Shown here in pieces: positions 35,088 to 45,246 of a DNA stretch of 64,000 nt. The stretch lies in sequence record OP557969.1. One strand, written 5' to 3'. Position numbers and translations under genes: made by a program. How positions within the stretch are numbered: the first letter of the stretch is position 1; the number at the start of each line of letters is the position of its first letter. The notes beneath the pieces were generated by a model. It saw only the letters and a list, made by a program, of their open reading frames with translations. It was not told the origin of the DNA and ran no database searches.

Positions 35088-35636
35088 ATGGAAAATTTTC
35101 AAATACCACAAGATTACGATACAGCGAAAGAGATGGTACACAAGGTTCATTACATTTTTAATGAATTAATTATTGCAAATTCATCCTGTATGCAAATTGA
35201 GTTAAAGGGTATTAATAGTGAAGAAGTTTTTTTGGCTTCTCCAAGTTCAATTATTCCGTTGTATGGTATGGACCGTTTATGGTTCATGAGAGATGCACCA
35301 ATTGACAGGTACAAAATACAAAAAAAATCAGAGAATGATTTTCTTTATGATTATTTTAATATTTCATTACAAGCACACGATATAAGTACAATGAGTGCAG
35401 AGGAATATTTTCAGCACAGTACAGTGTATAGTCCAGAAGAAATCTTTGTTGTTATGCTTGTTGCAAAATTGAGTACTGTTGATTTTGGGACGTACCCAAA
35501 TAAATCATTCAAGATTATTATTCCTGCATTTGTTGATCTTTATGATTTCATTGTGCACAAGAAAGAAAGTACAGTGTACGATATGCAGCGTTCAAATATC
35601 AGTTTAATTGCAGTAAGTGCAGGGGAATTAAAATGA
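35088..35636 (+). CDS. family C paralog (long type)
   Basis: MSAEEYFQHSTVYS; AAGGAG RBS; upstream promoter. Confidence 0.85.
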   Translation: MENFQIPQDYDTAKEMVHKVHYIFNELIIANSSCMQIELKGINSEEVFLASPSSIIPLYGMDRLWFMRDAPIDRYKIQKKSENDFLYDYFNISLQAHDISTMSAEEYFQHSTVYSPEEIFVVMLVAKLSTVDFGTYPNKSFKIIIPAFVDLYDFIVHKKESTVYDMQRSNISLIAVSAGELK

Positions 35637-36241
35637 ACATAGACCAATTAATGAAGTACAGTAAAAGTACAGTTCCAGTACTAAGTAAAGTGTTAGATGC
35701 CTTCACTGCTAAGTACCCTGAAGGTTCAGAGTTAAATATTCCTTTTACTACACCAGGGATTGATGATACTTACATGGTACACATTGGTAGTTCAGGTATT
35801 GTTTTGAAGCAAAAGTACAGTGATAGTGAATATTATGGTTTGAAACTGGATAAAATTTCAGGAGAGAAGACACCTTTTGAGTTTTGGATTCCGAATAGTA
35901 TTGAATCATGGAATACACATATTAATAAGAGAGACGAAGGTAATATTTCTCTTGTAAATTATAAGGAAAAAAGATTTGACGTATTTTATTATTACAGTAC
36001 AGATACGTTTCCAGAAGAGATTTATTTAAATTCAGAGATGTATGAAGATATTGAATCATTTTTCTTTCAGTTATCATTGGTACATGATATCATGCCATTG
36101 CAAGCGTTCAGGGATGAAATAAATTTAGCGAAAGAGATTTCGGATATGTTACCTGAATTTAGTGTTCTTTATGGTAGTAGAGCTTTACCTGAAAATGTGT
36201 ATATAGAATTTATTTCTTGTGTTCAAGGATTGAATATATAA
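35633..36241 (+). CDS. family C paralog (long type)
   Basis: DIESFFFQLSLVHD. Confidence 0.8.
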   Translation: MNIDQLMKYSKSTVPVLSKVLDAFTAKYPEGSELNIPFTTPGIDDTYMVHIGSSGIVLKQKYSDSEYYGLKLDKISGEKTPFEFWIPNSIESWNTHINKRDEGNISLVNYKEKRFDVFYYYSTDTFPEEIYLNSEMYEDIESFFFQLSLVHDIMPLQAFRDEINLAKEISDMLPEFSVLYGSRALPENVYIEFISCVQGLNI

Positions 36242-36242
36242 T

Positions 36243-36437
36243 ATGAACGAAGATGATATCAAAAAAAGGCATACGAAGTTTGAACTGCTCCCTGACGAAA
36301 TCCACATTGATATAGTTAATTTTAACATCAAAGCGTCCTTGCATCCTATATCACAAGATGATTTTGACAACAGAGTGCTTAACATAGTGGTGATTTTGTG
36401 CTATAATCATTTCAGTGAATATTTTAACAAAAGATGA
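36243..36437 (+). CDS. small hypothetical protein
   Basis: coupled ORF. Confidence 0.65.
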   Translation: MNEDDIKKRHTKFELLPDEIHIDIVNFNIKASLHPISQDDFDNRVLNIVVILCYNHFSEYFNKR

Positions 36438-36966
36438 GGTACATATGTATCAGCACACGTACAATACATCATATGAGTATGGGTACAGCATTTTGAAGAT
36501 TATCAAAGCGTTAGAGGGTGGATTGCTTAGTCATAAGTACACCAGAGTAGGTGACAATTGGTTCAGAAATGATGATGATGAGTTCAGAAGTCATAAAATC
36601 GTTTACAGTAATAATTACAGTGCTAATTATCTTCAGGATGTGGTTATGTGCTTTGAATACGTGTTACAGTTCAGGGGTTCCATCAGACCAGAGTTAAGAG
36701 AACACATGTACATTCGATACCTACCAATGCTTGAGGATGAGAAATCAATATTCAATTCAGTACACCACAGAGTACGAGATAGAACATTCAGGAATATTTT
36801 GGAAGATGAAGCTGCCTATTTTCAGCGATCATTGATTGATGCTCCTGATGTGTTACAGATGCAGAATTTGTATAATGTATTAGATGCGAACATCGATACT
36901 GATATCTTTTTTTCCTTAAGTGATTATGAAACATGTTTGGAAGATTTAAAGGAAATAGGATTATGA
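36415..36966 (+). CDS. family C paralog (long type)
   Basis: EDEAAYFQRSLID. Confidence 0.8.
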   Translation: MNILTKDEVHMYQHTYNTSYEYGYSILKIIKALEGGLLSHKYTRVGDNWFRNDDDEFRSHKIVYSNNYSANYLQDVVMCFEYVLQFRGSIRPELREHMYIRYLPMLEDEKSIFNSVHHRVRDRTFRNILEDEAAYFQRSLIDAPDVLQMQNLYNVLDANIDTDIFFSLSDYETCLEDLKEIGL

Positions 36967-37307
36967 GTGGATTTACAGTATATATAGTAAACGTCAGTAC
37001 AGATGGTAGTTTAATTGAATTTGATGTAGTTGATGACGATGATAATGCATATGGTATTAAGGTGCAAGACAATGTTGTGCAGTTCAGTACAAGAACAAAT
37101 TACGAAAATCCAGTTCCTGTTCCTAATTTCATAGAAGACGAAGCTGTACGATTCCAATACGAAACTGCCTTTGACAATATAGCGATGCATATTATTATGC
37201 AACACAGTTTAGTTCAATTAGTTCCTTTATTTAGACAAAATGTATATGTACATGAATTGTCGATTAATAACGTTCAAAGTTCCGTTTTGTTCGGCACAAA
37301 TATGTAA
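36963..37307 (+). CDS. family C paralog (short type)
   Basis: EDEAVRFQYETAFD. Confidence 0.75.
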   Translation: MSGFTVYIVNVSTDGSLIEFDVVDDDDNAYGIKVQDNVVQFSTRTNYENPVPVPNFIEDEAVRFQYETAFDNIAMHIIMQHSLVQLVPLFRQNVYVHELSINNVQSSVLFGTNM

Positions 37308-37316
37308 GGAAGGATA

Positions 37317-37859
37317 ATGAGTTTATTAGATACCATAGAAAAAGACAGAAGTGCCATTAAGAGATTAAAAAATCTGGTTCTGTGTATTGTGAACAACGTT
37401 GAAAAGTTTGAAGTCCAAGGAAGAATTGGTGATATTTCACATACAGGAATAAAATCCCTGAAGTCAGATTTATTAATTCATAAGGAAGATAAATTATTAT
37501 TTGTATTGAGTTCAGATTTATTGGTTGCAAGTAATGGTTTCAATTCGGTATCAACACAAGATGGTAGTACTGGATTATATCTATCACAGGGTGTACAGAC
37601 GAATGAACATAAGTGTTTTAGTTCAAGAGTACAGAATCCCTTTAAGTTTAATACAGAACAAGCTACAGAGCTTTTTGAGGCTTCAGAAGAGATGTTATTT
37701 CAGTACAAAATGGTCTATACAGATTTTGAAATACGATGCCTATACGCTGTTAAGCATTATGTACAAGAGTTCGAAGATTTAAATTATCTTTTAGTTCGAA
37801 CGAATACGAAGAACATTGACATATTAGAAGATTACATTTCAACAGTTGTTAGTGTGTAA
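37317..37859 (+). CDS. family C paralog (long type)
   Basis: ASEEMLFQYKMVY. Confidence 0.8.
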   Translation: MSLLDTIEKDRSAIKRLKNLVLCIVNNVEKFEVQGRIGDISHTGIKSLKSDLLIHKEDKLLFVLSSDLLVASNGFNSVSTQDGSTGLYLSQGVQTNEHKCFSSRVQNPFKFNTEQATELFEASEEMLFQYKMVYTDFEIRCLYAVKHYVQEFEDLNYLLVRTNTKNIDILEDYISTVVSV

Positions 37860-37872
37860 TGGGATGTTGCTT

Positions 37873-38034
37873 ATGAAGGAGTTATTTGATGAACAGTTCA
37901 ATGTATTAATGGATAATATTCTTTTTTATAGCCTTGGTAGTAAACGAGGAAATCGTGCTTACAATATAGATTACATATTAACTGTGTTGAGTTCACAGTA
38001 CACATATGCTGTGCAGAGGACATATTATGAATAG
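37873..38034 (+). CDS. small hypothetical protein
   Basis: short ORF in operon; start uncertain. Confidence 0.55.
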   Translation: MKELFDEQFNVLMDNILFYSLGSKRGNRAYNIDYILTVLSSQYTYAVQRTYYE

Positions 38035-38212
38035 TTATAGTGGTGTTGCTAAGGAGAAGTTAAATTGTAGTTTAGATTTTGGCTTAAATGATTTTCTTAC
38101 GTGCACAATGTTCAGGAATGATGATTATGAACAATCCGTAATTTCGTTGTATAGATATTTTGAAATAATTTACACAAGATACCTTAGAAGGTTAGAGGGA
38201 TTGGAATTATGA
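38027..38212 (+). CDS. small hypothetical protein
   Basis: GAGGA RBS. Confidence 0.6.
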   Translation: MNSYSGVAKEKLNCSLDFGLNDFLTCTMFRNDDYEQSVISLYRYFEIIYTRYLRRLEGLEL

Positions 38213-38427
38213 TTTATGAACAAAAAGTACCAAGTGGTTATAGTGTTGATGGTTTTGAATTCATGATGGATTTGGTTTTAAAGAATACATTAGTAGTACA
38301 CCGTGCATTACCGGACCATGTAGATAGTGCGGTTCAACGAATAATGAATGTATACGAGATGACGAGTCGAAAGCTTTGTGCAATGAAAAGGATTGAAGAA
38401 ATCAAGCGTTCTAGGATGAATAATTAG
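38209..38427 (+). CDS. small hypothetical protein
   Basis: ATGA coupling. Confidence 0.65.
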   Translation: MIYEQKVPSGYSVDGFEFMMDLVLKNTLVVHRALPDHVDSAVQRIMNVYEMTSRKLCAMKRIEEIKRSRMNN

Positions 38428-38567
38428 AGACGTTTCGTATGATGTATTCAAACGTACAATAAAACAATACTATATAACTTTTTATAATTGATATTTTTTA
38501 AAAAATACACAATCACAACGTGCTCCTTTTATTGGAATTTACCTTATTAATTATAGTTGAGGGGAAG

Positions 38568-38945
38568 ATGGAAATGAAATATAAAGATTTTCATATAGGG
38601 ACATGGATGTACACTGGTGAGTTTATTACGTGCTGTAATTTATACAAGCGTGATTTAAACTACTCAAGGGAGAAGGTTATAAAGTTCGCAGATTCACAAT
38701 TTTATTTTATGGAGTTAAGTACTGGAATTCGTGTTAAATCAACCGTTATGCTGGATTATACAGTTCTGGATGAGGCACAATTATTTCAGGAGTCATTAGT
38801 ATTTGATAAGAAGTACAACTGTACATTAGAAGAGATAGTTGAAATCCAGCGTAGGATCAAATTTATTCACAAGGATTGTATCGATAAATGGTGTAAAACT
38901 GGTGAAACTAATTTTAGTAATTATTTCAATCTAGGGGAAGAGTGA
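38568..38945 (+). CDS. family C paralog (CNLxK subgroup)
   Basis: LDEAQLFQESLVFDKKYNCTLEE. Confidence 0.85.
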   Translation: MEMKYKDFHIGTWMYTGEFITCCNLYKRDLNYSREKVIKFADSQFYFMELSTGIRVKSTVMLDYTVLDEAQLFQESLVFDKKYNCTLEEIVEIQRRIKFIHKDCIDKWCKTGETNFSNYFNLGEE

Positions 38946-39301
38946 TGGAATTTGATTTTGTAATATCAGTACATTCTTTCAAGAATAGTTTTCAGTACTT
39001 TTGTAATTTAAACAAAGGTGATTTAATGCACAGTGCAAATGAGTATATTCATTACACTGCTGGTAAATTTACATTTATTGATTACGATTCATTACAGTAT
39101 CCACATCAGGATATGCCGGACTTTACATTAATGGATGAGGCCGAACTATTCCAAGCTGCATTAGTATTCGATAAGAAGTACTTGTGTACACTAGAAGAAG
39201 TAATTGCCATACAAAATGAAATAAAAGAGTATGCTGCTTTGAATAAATCCAATGTAAGTATTAATCAAGAATACAAATTCAATATAGGAATTACAGAATG
39301 A
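38942..39301 (+). CDS. family C paralog (CNLxK subgroup)
   Basis: MDEAELFQAALVFDKKYLCTLEE. Confidence 0.85.
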   Translation: MMEFDFVISVHSFKNSFQYFCNLNKGDLMHSANEYIHYTAGKFTFIDYDSLQYPHQDMPDFTLMDEAELFQAALVFDKKYLCTLEEVIAIQNEIKEYAALNKSNVSINQEYKFNIGITE

Positions 39302-39663
39302 CATTTGATTATTCGATATACGTTTGCAAGTCCAGAACGGGGTGGGATTTGTGCTGTAATCTTGTCAAGGGTGACTCGGAACATGAGTTGAGTTTATATA
39401 TTCAGTACTCGGATTTGTGTTTTAATTTTATTGATGTATTGTATGATGACTTCGACTATAACTCTGAAAGTATTACAGATTATACAGTACTGGATGATGC
39501 TGAACTATTTCAAGCTTCTTTGGTGTTTGACAAGAATAAGTACTCATGTACAATAGAAGATATGATTTTTATACAAAATGAAATGAAGAGATATGTCAAA
39601 GAAAACACCTTTGATACATCTACACCAACAACAAGTAATTATTATTTCAATACAGGTGAGTAA
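39298..39663 (+). CDS. family C paralog (CNLxK subgroup)
   Basis: LDDAELFQASLVFD. Confidence 0.85.
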   Translation: MTFDYSIYVCKSRTGWDLCCNLVKGDSEHELSLYIQYSDLCFNFIDVLYDDFDYNSESITDYTVLDDAELFQASLVFDKNKYSCTIEDMIFIQNEMKRYVKENTFDTSTPTTSNYYFNTGE

Positions 39664-39664
39664 T

Positions 39665-40006
39665 ATGGAATATGATTTTTCTATTTATATGCCTATAATT
39701 AGTTCACAAGATGTGTATTGTAATCTTAATAAAGGTGATTACGAACACAAAATGGATCAGTACATTAAATTTAATGGTGCGTACTTTAGCTTCATTGATT
39801 ATCAGGCCAAAGGATCAGTTGTAGAAAATATGAAAGACTATACAACAGTACATGGTGAGGCTGAAATATTTCAAGAGTCATTAATATTCGACAAGAAGTA
39901 CTTGTGTACTCTAGAGGAAGTAATTGAACTCCAACAGAAGATGAAAGAATATAGAAGAATCTACACAGAGACTGGTTCCAAAGATAGGTATCGTTTTAAG
40001 CTATGA
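39665..40006 (+). CDS. family C paralog (CNLxK subgroup)
   Basis: GEAEIFQESLIFDKKYLCTLEE. Confidence 0.85.
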   Translation: MEYDFSIYMPIISSQDVYCNLNKGDYEHKMDQYIKFNGAYFSFIDYQAKGSVVENMKDYTTVHGEAEIFQESLIFDKKYLCTLEEVIELQQKMKEYRRIYTETGSKDRYRFKL

Positions 40007-40188
40007 ATAAAAAAGAACAAATGGAATCATTCATGAATACAATACTTCGACGATTCGTAATTGATATTAGACATAACAACATTACCAGGAATGACATGTG
40101 CTTCGGTACATATAATATTAGTGAATTGTATATAGCTAATATTCACATGGTGTACCGAGATTATATCCAGACACTACACGGGAGTTGA
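40003..40188 (+). CDS. small hypothetical protein
   Basis: ATGA coupling. Confidence 0.65.
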   Translation: MNKKEQMESFMNTILRRFVIDIRHNNITRNDMCFGTYNISELYIANIHMVYRDYIQTLHGS

Positions 40189-40189
40189 T

Positions 40190-40660
40190 ATGAGTTTTGA
40201 AAGAGCATTAGAAATTGCTAAGTTAATTGATGTATGTAAAAAAGAAATAGTGCTCAACAGACTCAATGGGTATCTATTCAAGGAAGGTAAATCTTATTGC
40301 CGAATGATATACGATGACAGTAGTGAATATATTCACATGTATGAAGAAAATCTTGATGAATCTGAAACAACACTCACTGGGTGTGATGTTAATCTGGAAG
40401 ATAATTACATGTACTTCTGTCGTGATGCTGATATTTTAATACAAGAAACATCATATCAAACTGGGAATCCAGAGGTATATCTTCCATATTCAGTACTGGA
40501 TAATGACTGGGGAAGTGAAGAGTTCTACTTCCAGCAGAATACTATCTACGATGAAGATGTACTTGACAAGCTTGTCATTCTGTGGTACTTTAAGAACACT
40601 GATACTCCTAACTTCTATATAGATTTGGATCTACTAAGAGTTATTAATGAGGATATATGA
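40190..40660 (+). CDS. family C paralog (WxxEEYYFQ subgroup)
   Basis: WGSEEFYFQQNTIYD...LWYFK. Confidence 0.85.
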   Translation: MSFERALEIAKLIDVCKKEIVLNRLNGYLFKEGKSYCRMIYDDSSEYIHMYEENLDESETTLTGCDVNLEDNYMYFCRDADILIQETSYQTGNPEVYLPYSVLDNDWGSEEFYFQQNTIYDEDVLDKLVILWYFKNTDTPNFYIDLDLLRVINEDI

Positions 40661-41097
40661 GTTTAGTAAGTGCACTTGAACTGGCACACAAAATACACAA
40701 CTTCCATGATAAAATAAAAAGTGGGTTTTATGGTGATAACGTAAGTGAATTTGGTAATGAGTATTATCTATCAAGTTCAAATACATACGCTGATGATATT
40801 TTACTTATGGGTCATGATAAAGACAATACTATACAGTACTCTTCATGTAGTCAATATGCTAGTTTTATGGTATATATTCCAGGAACTAAGATTACTTTTG
40901 ACACATCAAATACACCTGTTGACTTCGGGGTACTTGATGGTCCATGGGGTACTGAAGAGTATTACTTCCAACAGAGTCTTATTTTTAGCCAAGAGATGCT
41001 TGATACCTTGGTTGTGTTGTGGTACTTTAAAGAATTGAATTTTGAACCATTCTTTCTTGACTGGGGAGCATGTGAGTATTTAAGTTCAGGAGAATAA
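40657..41097 (+). CDS. family C paralog (WxxEEYYFQ subgroup)
   Basis: GPWGTEEYYFQQSLIF. Confidence 0.85.
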   Translation: MSLVSALELAHKIHNFHDKIKSGFYGDNVSEFGNEYYLSSSNTYADDILLMGHDKDNTIQYSSCSQYASFMVYIPGTKITFDTSNTPVDFGVLDGPWGTEEYYFQQSLIFSQEMLDTLVVLWYFKELNFEPFFLDWGACEYLSSGE

Positions 41098-41099
41098 TA

Positions 41100-41567
41100 A
41101 TGTCATTGCGAAGTGCATTGAAAGAAGCAAAGAAGATCCATAATTACATGATTATGGTACAAGAAGGTTCCGTGCCTGGTGTATATAAAACATCTGATAC
41201 TGAATTTTTCGTAAAAGATCGAGATGATTATGATGAGTCAGAGATATGTGCAGAAACGTTAGTACTGCACATTGATACGGATGATACTGATGACTGTGAA
41301 TATCAGATGCACAATCAATACCTTAGTTATTATAGGGATGAAGATATTATAATTTACACTCCTGATTACGATGATGATAACATAATCATTCCGTATTCAG
41401 TTCTGGAAGGTCCATGGGATAGTGAAGAATATTATTTCCAGCAAAGTACTGTGTATAATGAAGATGTTTTAGATGTTATTGTAATTATGTGGTACTTTAA
41501 AAGTATTGATTCTGACAGTTTCTATTTCGATTATGAATACGTAGAGAATACTGTAGGGGGAAGATAA
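41100..41567 (+). CDS. family C paralog (WxxEEYYFQ subgroup)
   Basis: GPWDSEEYYFQQSTVY. Confidence 0.85.
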   Translation: MSLRSALKEAKKIHNYMIMVQEGSVPGVYKTSDTEFFVKDRDDYDESEICAETLVLHIDTDDTDDCEYQMHNQYLSYYRDEDIIIYTPDYDDDNIIIPYSVLEGPWDSEEYYFQQSTVYNEDVLDVIVIMWYFKSIDSDSFYFDYEYVENTVGGR

Positions 41568-42010
41568 TGTCATTACAAAGTGCTCTTGAAAAAGCAAAAG
41601 AACTTCATGCATATATTGAAGATATTAAGGCTGGGAAGTTCGAAGAAATATACAAAGCCGAGAATGGTAACTACTACAAGGATAGTGATTTTGCTACAAC
41701 TACAGTTATTCTTGGGTTGAATTCCAAAAGTCCAGTAGACTTTTCTCAATACAATCCAGATGCAGAATTTATTAGTTATGCTTATGGTGGCGAAATCCGT
41801 TTTTATAATCGCAGCAGACCTTTAAAATTGAACTTTGAAGTACTGAAAGGTCCGTGGGATAGTGAAGAGTACTACTTCCAGAATAGAACTTTGTATGATG
41901 ATGAAGTTCTAGATACTTTAGTTATTATGTGGTACTTTAAAAGTATTGATAGTACAAGATTTTATTTGGATTATGAATATGTACGTGAAGTTTATAAGGG
42001 TAAACGATGA
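41567..42010 (+). CDS. family C paralog (WxxEEYYFQ subgroup)
   Basis: GPWDSEEYYFQNRTLYD. Confidence 0.85.
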   Translation: MSLQSALEKAKELHAYIEDIKAGKFEEIYKAENGNYYKDSDFATTTVILGLNSKSPVDFSQYNPDAEFISYAYGGEIRFYNRSRPLKLNFEVLKGPWDSEEYYFQNRTLYDDEVLDTLVIMWYFKSIDSTRFYLDYEYVREVYKGKR

Positions 42011-42321
42011 AATTCTTATACAATATTCAGTACATTCCGGGTACAATTAGTTTAATGTATTTCTTCGACCATGATAATTTCCAACATCTTGCAGTTAGGA
42101 GATGTAATGAATCTTTAATGATCGAATATCTTCACGATTGTGATTATCTTCCTGACTTACTTGAATGTGATTACAGAGATGAGCATGAATCATTTCTGTT
42201 TCAGGAATCACTTGTATGGGACAAGAGAATAAATTTTTATGTTTTACTTGAGATACAAAAACAAGTAAAGTACTACTGGGATTACTTAATCACCCAAGAC
42301 TATATAGAGATTGAAATATAA
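42007..42321 (+). CDS. family C paralog (short type)
   Basis: HESFLFQESLVWD. Confidence 0.8.
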   Translation: MKFLYNIQYIPGTISLMYFFDHDNFQHLAVRRCNESLMIEYLHDCDYLPDLLECDYRDEHESFLFQESLVWDKRINFYVLLEIQKQVKYYWDYLITQDYIEIEI

Positions 42322-42764
42322 TGTACGAAAGTGATCTTAAGCACGCTGAAGAATTAGTTAATATAGTAAAGTTCTTTCAAAATAATGTAAAGTACTTAGA
42401 CTATAAAGGGGCTTATATTAGTACTATAAGTGTTGGTACAGATATTCTAGGATTAGGCAATGAATATAAGTACGAGTCCCATGATTATGACTTGGAATTC
42501 AAGTACTTCGTATGGGATTCTGGAACTTTCTATTCTATAGATGAAGATGGCAAATATTTTGAATTCACAGAAGAAGAAGTTCTATTCTTAAATTCAGAAG
42601 ATGCTTACTTTCAATATAGTACTATATACCCAAACGCGGCGTTAAGAGCTTTAGTAGTTTTTAATGCATTTCTGAAAGAGAACTTTAACAATTCTATATT
42701 CATTGATTTAGATTATGTATATGAACTAAATCAGGTGATATATATGGAGTCCAGAAAAGAATGA
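42321..42764 (+). CDS. family C paralog (long type)
   Basis: NSEDAYFQYSTIY. Confidence 0.85.
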   Translation: MYESDLKHAEELVNIVKFFQNNVKYLDYKGAYISTISVGTDILGLGNEYKYESHDYDLEFKYFVWDSGTFYSIDEDGKYFEFTEEEVLFLNSEDAYFQYSTIYPNAALRALVVFNAFLKENFNNSIFIDLDYVYELNQVIYMESRKE

Positions 42765-43216
42765 GTTATGAAAGTGCACTAAAAAAGGCTAATGATATTC
42801 TACGCGTTGTTCAGTTCTTAAAGGACTATCCTGTTTATGTAGATGATGAACGCAGAGAAGTTTCTAATGGCACGAAGATTACAATTGATTCTTTATTTGA
42901 CACTAGCAGCAACAACTGTAGTACTATTGAATTAGCATACGATTATATTTCATTGAACAGAAAATATGATGAAGTTACGATAGAGCGTCATGAGGATGAA
43001 GAATCTTTTAAAATTTCTGATATTTTATCCCTGAGTACTGAAGAAGGGTACTTCCAGGGAAGTACTCTTTATAATGAAGAAACACTTGACAATCTATGTA
43101 CATTTAGTGTACTATATCAGAAGTCAGTACTGGATATATTTTATCTAGACACTGAAAAACTTGATAGGTTAGTTGATTTCGTTACTATAGAAGAGGCATC
43201 CTTTGAGAAAAATTAA
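42761..43216 (+). CDS. family C paralog (long type)
   Basis: STEEGYFQGSTLY. Confidence 0.85.
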   Translation: MSYESALKKANDILRVVQFLKDYPVYVDDERREVSNGTKITIDSLFDTSSNNCSTIELAYDYISLNRKYDEVTIERHEDEESFKISDILSLSTEEGYFQGSTLYNEETLDNLCTFSVLYQKSVLDIFYLDTEKLDRLVDFVTIEEASFEKN

Positions 43217-43739
43217 CATTAATGATTATGATGCATTACAAGATTTATCAAAAAAGATTCGCACTATCGTACCAGTACTGAAGAAATGCAGTACTGGATT
43301 AATCGATCCTAGTACAGTTATTAGTGAGAAGTACAATTTTCATAAACTGTTACAAGGGAATGGTGCATTCCAGAAGTGTGAGATACGTGAGACACACGTA
43401 ATTGATACATCATTGTTTTCTATTGGTGCACCTGTGTCGAATAATACTATTTTCCTAGACAACGCTGGAAATATTCAACAATTAACATTTAAGAAAAGGA
43501 AAAAGAACAATAACATTGGTGTGTATGCGATGAAGTGGGGTCAACCTGATTTGAAGCGTGAAATTCACATCCCTAAGTACAATTACAATGCATTTGACGA
43601 ACAGTGTTTTCAACTATCGTGTACTGACCCTGACTATGCTATCATTCAGTTCTATATGGAATTGCAGATTGCATTTAACAGTAATTTGTATATTAACTTA
43701 TTGGCGATGAACATCGATGAAGTATTCAAAAACATTTAA
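43203..43739 (+). CDS. family C paralog (long type)
   Basis: FDEQCFQLSCTD. Confidence 0.75.
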   Translation: MRKININDYDALQDLSKKIRTIVPVLKKCSTGLIDPSTVISEKYNFHKLLQGNGAFQKCEIRETHVIDTSLFSIGAPVSNNTIFLDNAGNIQQLTFKKRKKNNNIGVYAMKWGQPDLKREIHIPKYNYNAFDEQCFQLSCTDPDYAIIQFYMELQIAFNSNLYINLLAMNIDEVFKNI

Positions 43740-43935
43740 TCGAATTGAATACATGAGAACTGTGAGTGCAGTGTGGGACATATGGTTCACTACTAAACCA
43801 AAAATGGATTACCATGACTTTAAGCTATTGTTCTTCGTTGGCTCTAACAAACAGGATGTTGCAATGAAGGGTTATATTCAGCACTTACAGGAACTAATCC
43901 AGAAGAGAATATATGAAAATAATAGACCAAGATGA
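43717..43935 (+). CDS. family B paralog (outlier)
   Basis: FVGSNKQD. Confidence 0.75.
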   Translation: MKYSKTFNRIEYMRTVSAVWDIWFTTKPKMDYHDFKLLFFVGSNKQDVAMKGYIQHLQELIQKRIYENNRPR

Positions 43936-44104
43936 TATTGCTAAACTATTCAATATATATTCTTCTAAAATGATGCAAATCGACTCATATAGTACTGAAT
44001 TCAAAGAATTAAAAGTACTGATGTATTTGGGTACACAACATCAGGAACAAGTTGTTAAAGAATATATTGATTCATTACAGAAGGATATACGTTATGTACA
44101 ATGA
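43913..44104 (+). CDS. family B paralog (outlier)
   Basis: YLGTQHQE. Confidence 0.8.
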   Translation: MKIIDQDDIAKLFNIYSSKMMQIDSYSTEFKELKVLMYLGTQHQEQVVKEYIDSLQKDIRYVQ

Positions 44105-44648
44105 GCTTGACTTAGCATTTGAACGTGTAAAAATCTTCATTGAAACTTATCTTATGCACAAAACTATATTGAAAACAAAAGGAATATGGTTCACTGATAA
44201 ATTTCTTACTATGGCTAAGAGAGATGGAATGGAACATCTTTACTGTACAGATAGTGCCAGAATTTCAGTACTGAATTATGATGAAAGTGTATCATCTGGT
44301 ACTAGTTTAATTTCGACATATAATGATAATATTACTAGTATTATGTATACTAAAAATTGTTCAAATGTTTCTGTATATAAAAACTGTGATAGTTCATTAT
44401 CGTACAATATCGATCAGTACTTTTATCCTAATACAGAAGAAAACATCTTTCAAAATAGTCTTATATTGGATGATACATCTAATAAATGTATATATCTTTA
44501 TAATAAATTAAAAGAGTACATTGATAACAGTTCAATTAGAACTAATACATTCAGTGTTTCTGTTTTAAATTATAATAAGGAAGATGTGTTTTATTATACA
44601 GAAATTGAAAGAATACATACAATGTATAAGGAACTACTATGTTATTAA
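44094..44648 (+). CDS. family C paralog (long type)
   Basis: NTEENIFQNSLILD. Confidence 0.8.
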   Translation: MYNELDLAFERVKIFIETYLMHKTILKTKGIWFTDKFLTMAKRDGMEHLYCTDSARISVLNYDESVSSGTSLISTYNDNITSIMYTKNCSNVSVYKNCDSSLSYNIDQYFYPNTEENIFQNSLILDDTSNKCIYLYNKLKEYIDNSSIRTNTFSVSVLNYNKEDVFYYTEIERIHTMYKELLCY

Positions 44649-45241
44649 ATGCAAATAAATGTTGTAGTGCTGATGTTCATGTATATTTTAAGAAATTAGT
44701 CAATGATATCATCTATATGCAAGAAATCATTTATCACAAAAGAATGGACTTAGAAAAAGCATTAGCTCAGTTCTCTTTTAATCTAGATGGTGATATATCT
44801 TTAGATGGTGATGGGTTACGTATAACATTAGACAGCAATTCCAATAGAGTTTTCTTTTGGATAGATAATAAATTATGTTCCTCAATTTGTCGCACTTTTT
44901 ATAACCCTATTTCGGACTTGTATCAATTGGTTTATTCGAAAGGTGCGGTTGAAGCATCATATGGTGATAGTTTTGCACTAGGGAAGTCCATTCCATATAT
45001 GCAAACATTTGATATTGAATTAGTCAGTACTGATGAAGATGTAATGTTCACAAATGATCTAACGATGCAGCGTGAATCTGCAATGAGATATATAACAAAT
45101 TCAATGCATACCTTCTTTAAAATAGCAGAATTTGATAATGTATATATATCAAATGTAAATATTTTCACTGACTTGTGTCAGTTTTTGAGAAATATTTTTG
45201 ATTTTGATGAAAGATATTCTAAGTTTTATACTGAGGTTTAA
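44639..45241 (+). CDS. divergent family C-like protein
   Basis: TDEDVMFTNDL (weak motif). Confidence 0.7.
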   Translation: MLLNANKCCSADVHVYFKKLVNDIIYMQEIIYHKRMDLEKALAQFSFNLDGDISLDGDGLRITLDSNSNRVFFWIDNKLCSSICRTFYNPISDLYQLVYSKGAVEASYGDSFALGKSIPYMQTFDIELVSTDEDVMFTNDLTMQRESAMRYITNSMHTFFKIAEFDNVYISNVNIFTDLCQFLRNIFDFDERYSKFYTEV

Positions 45242-45246
45242 ATCAA

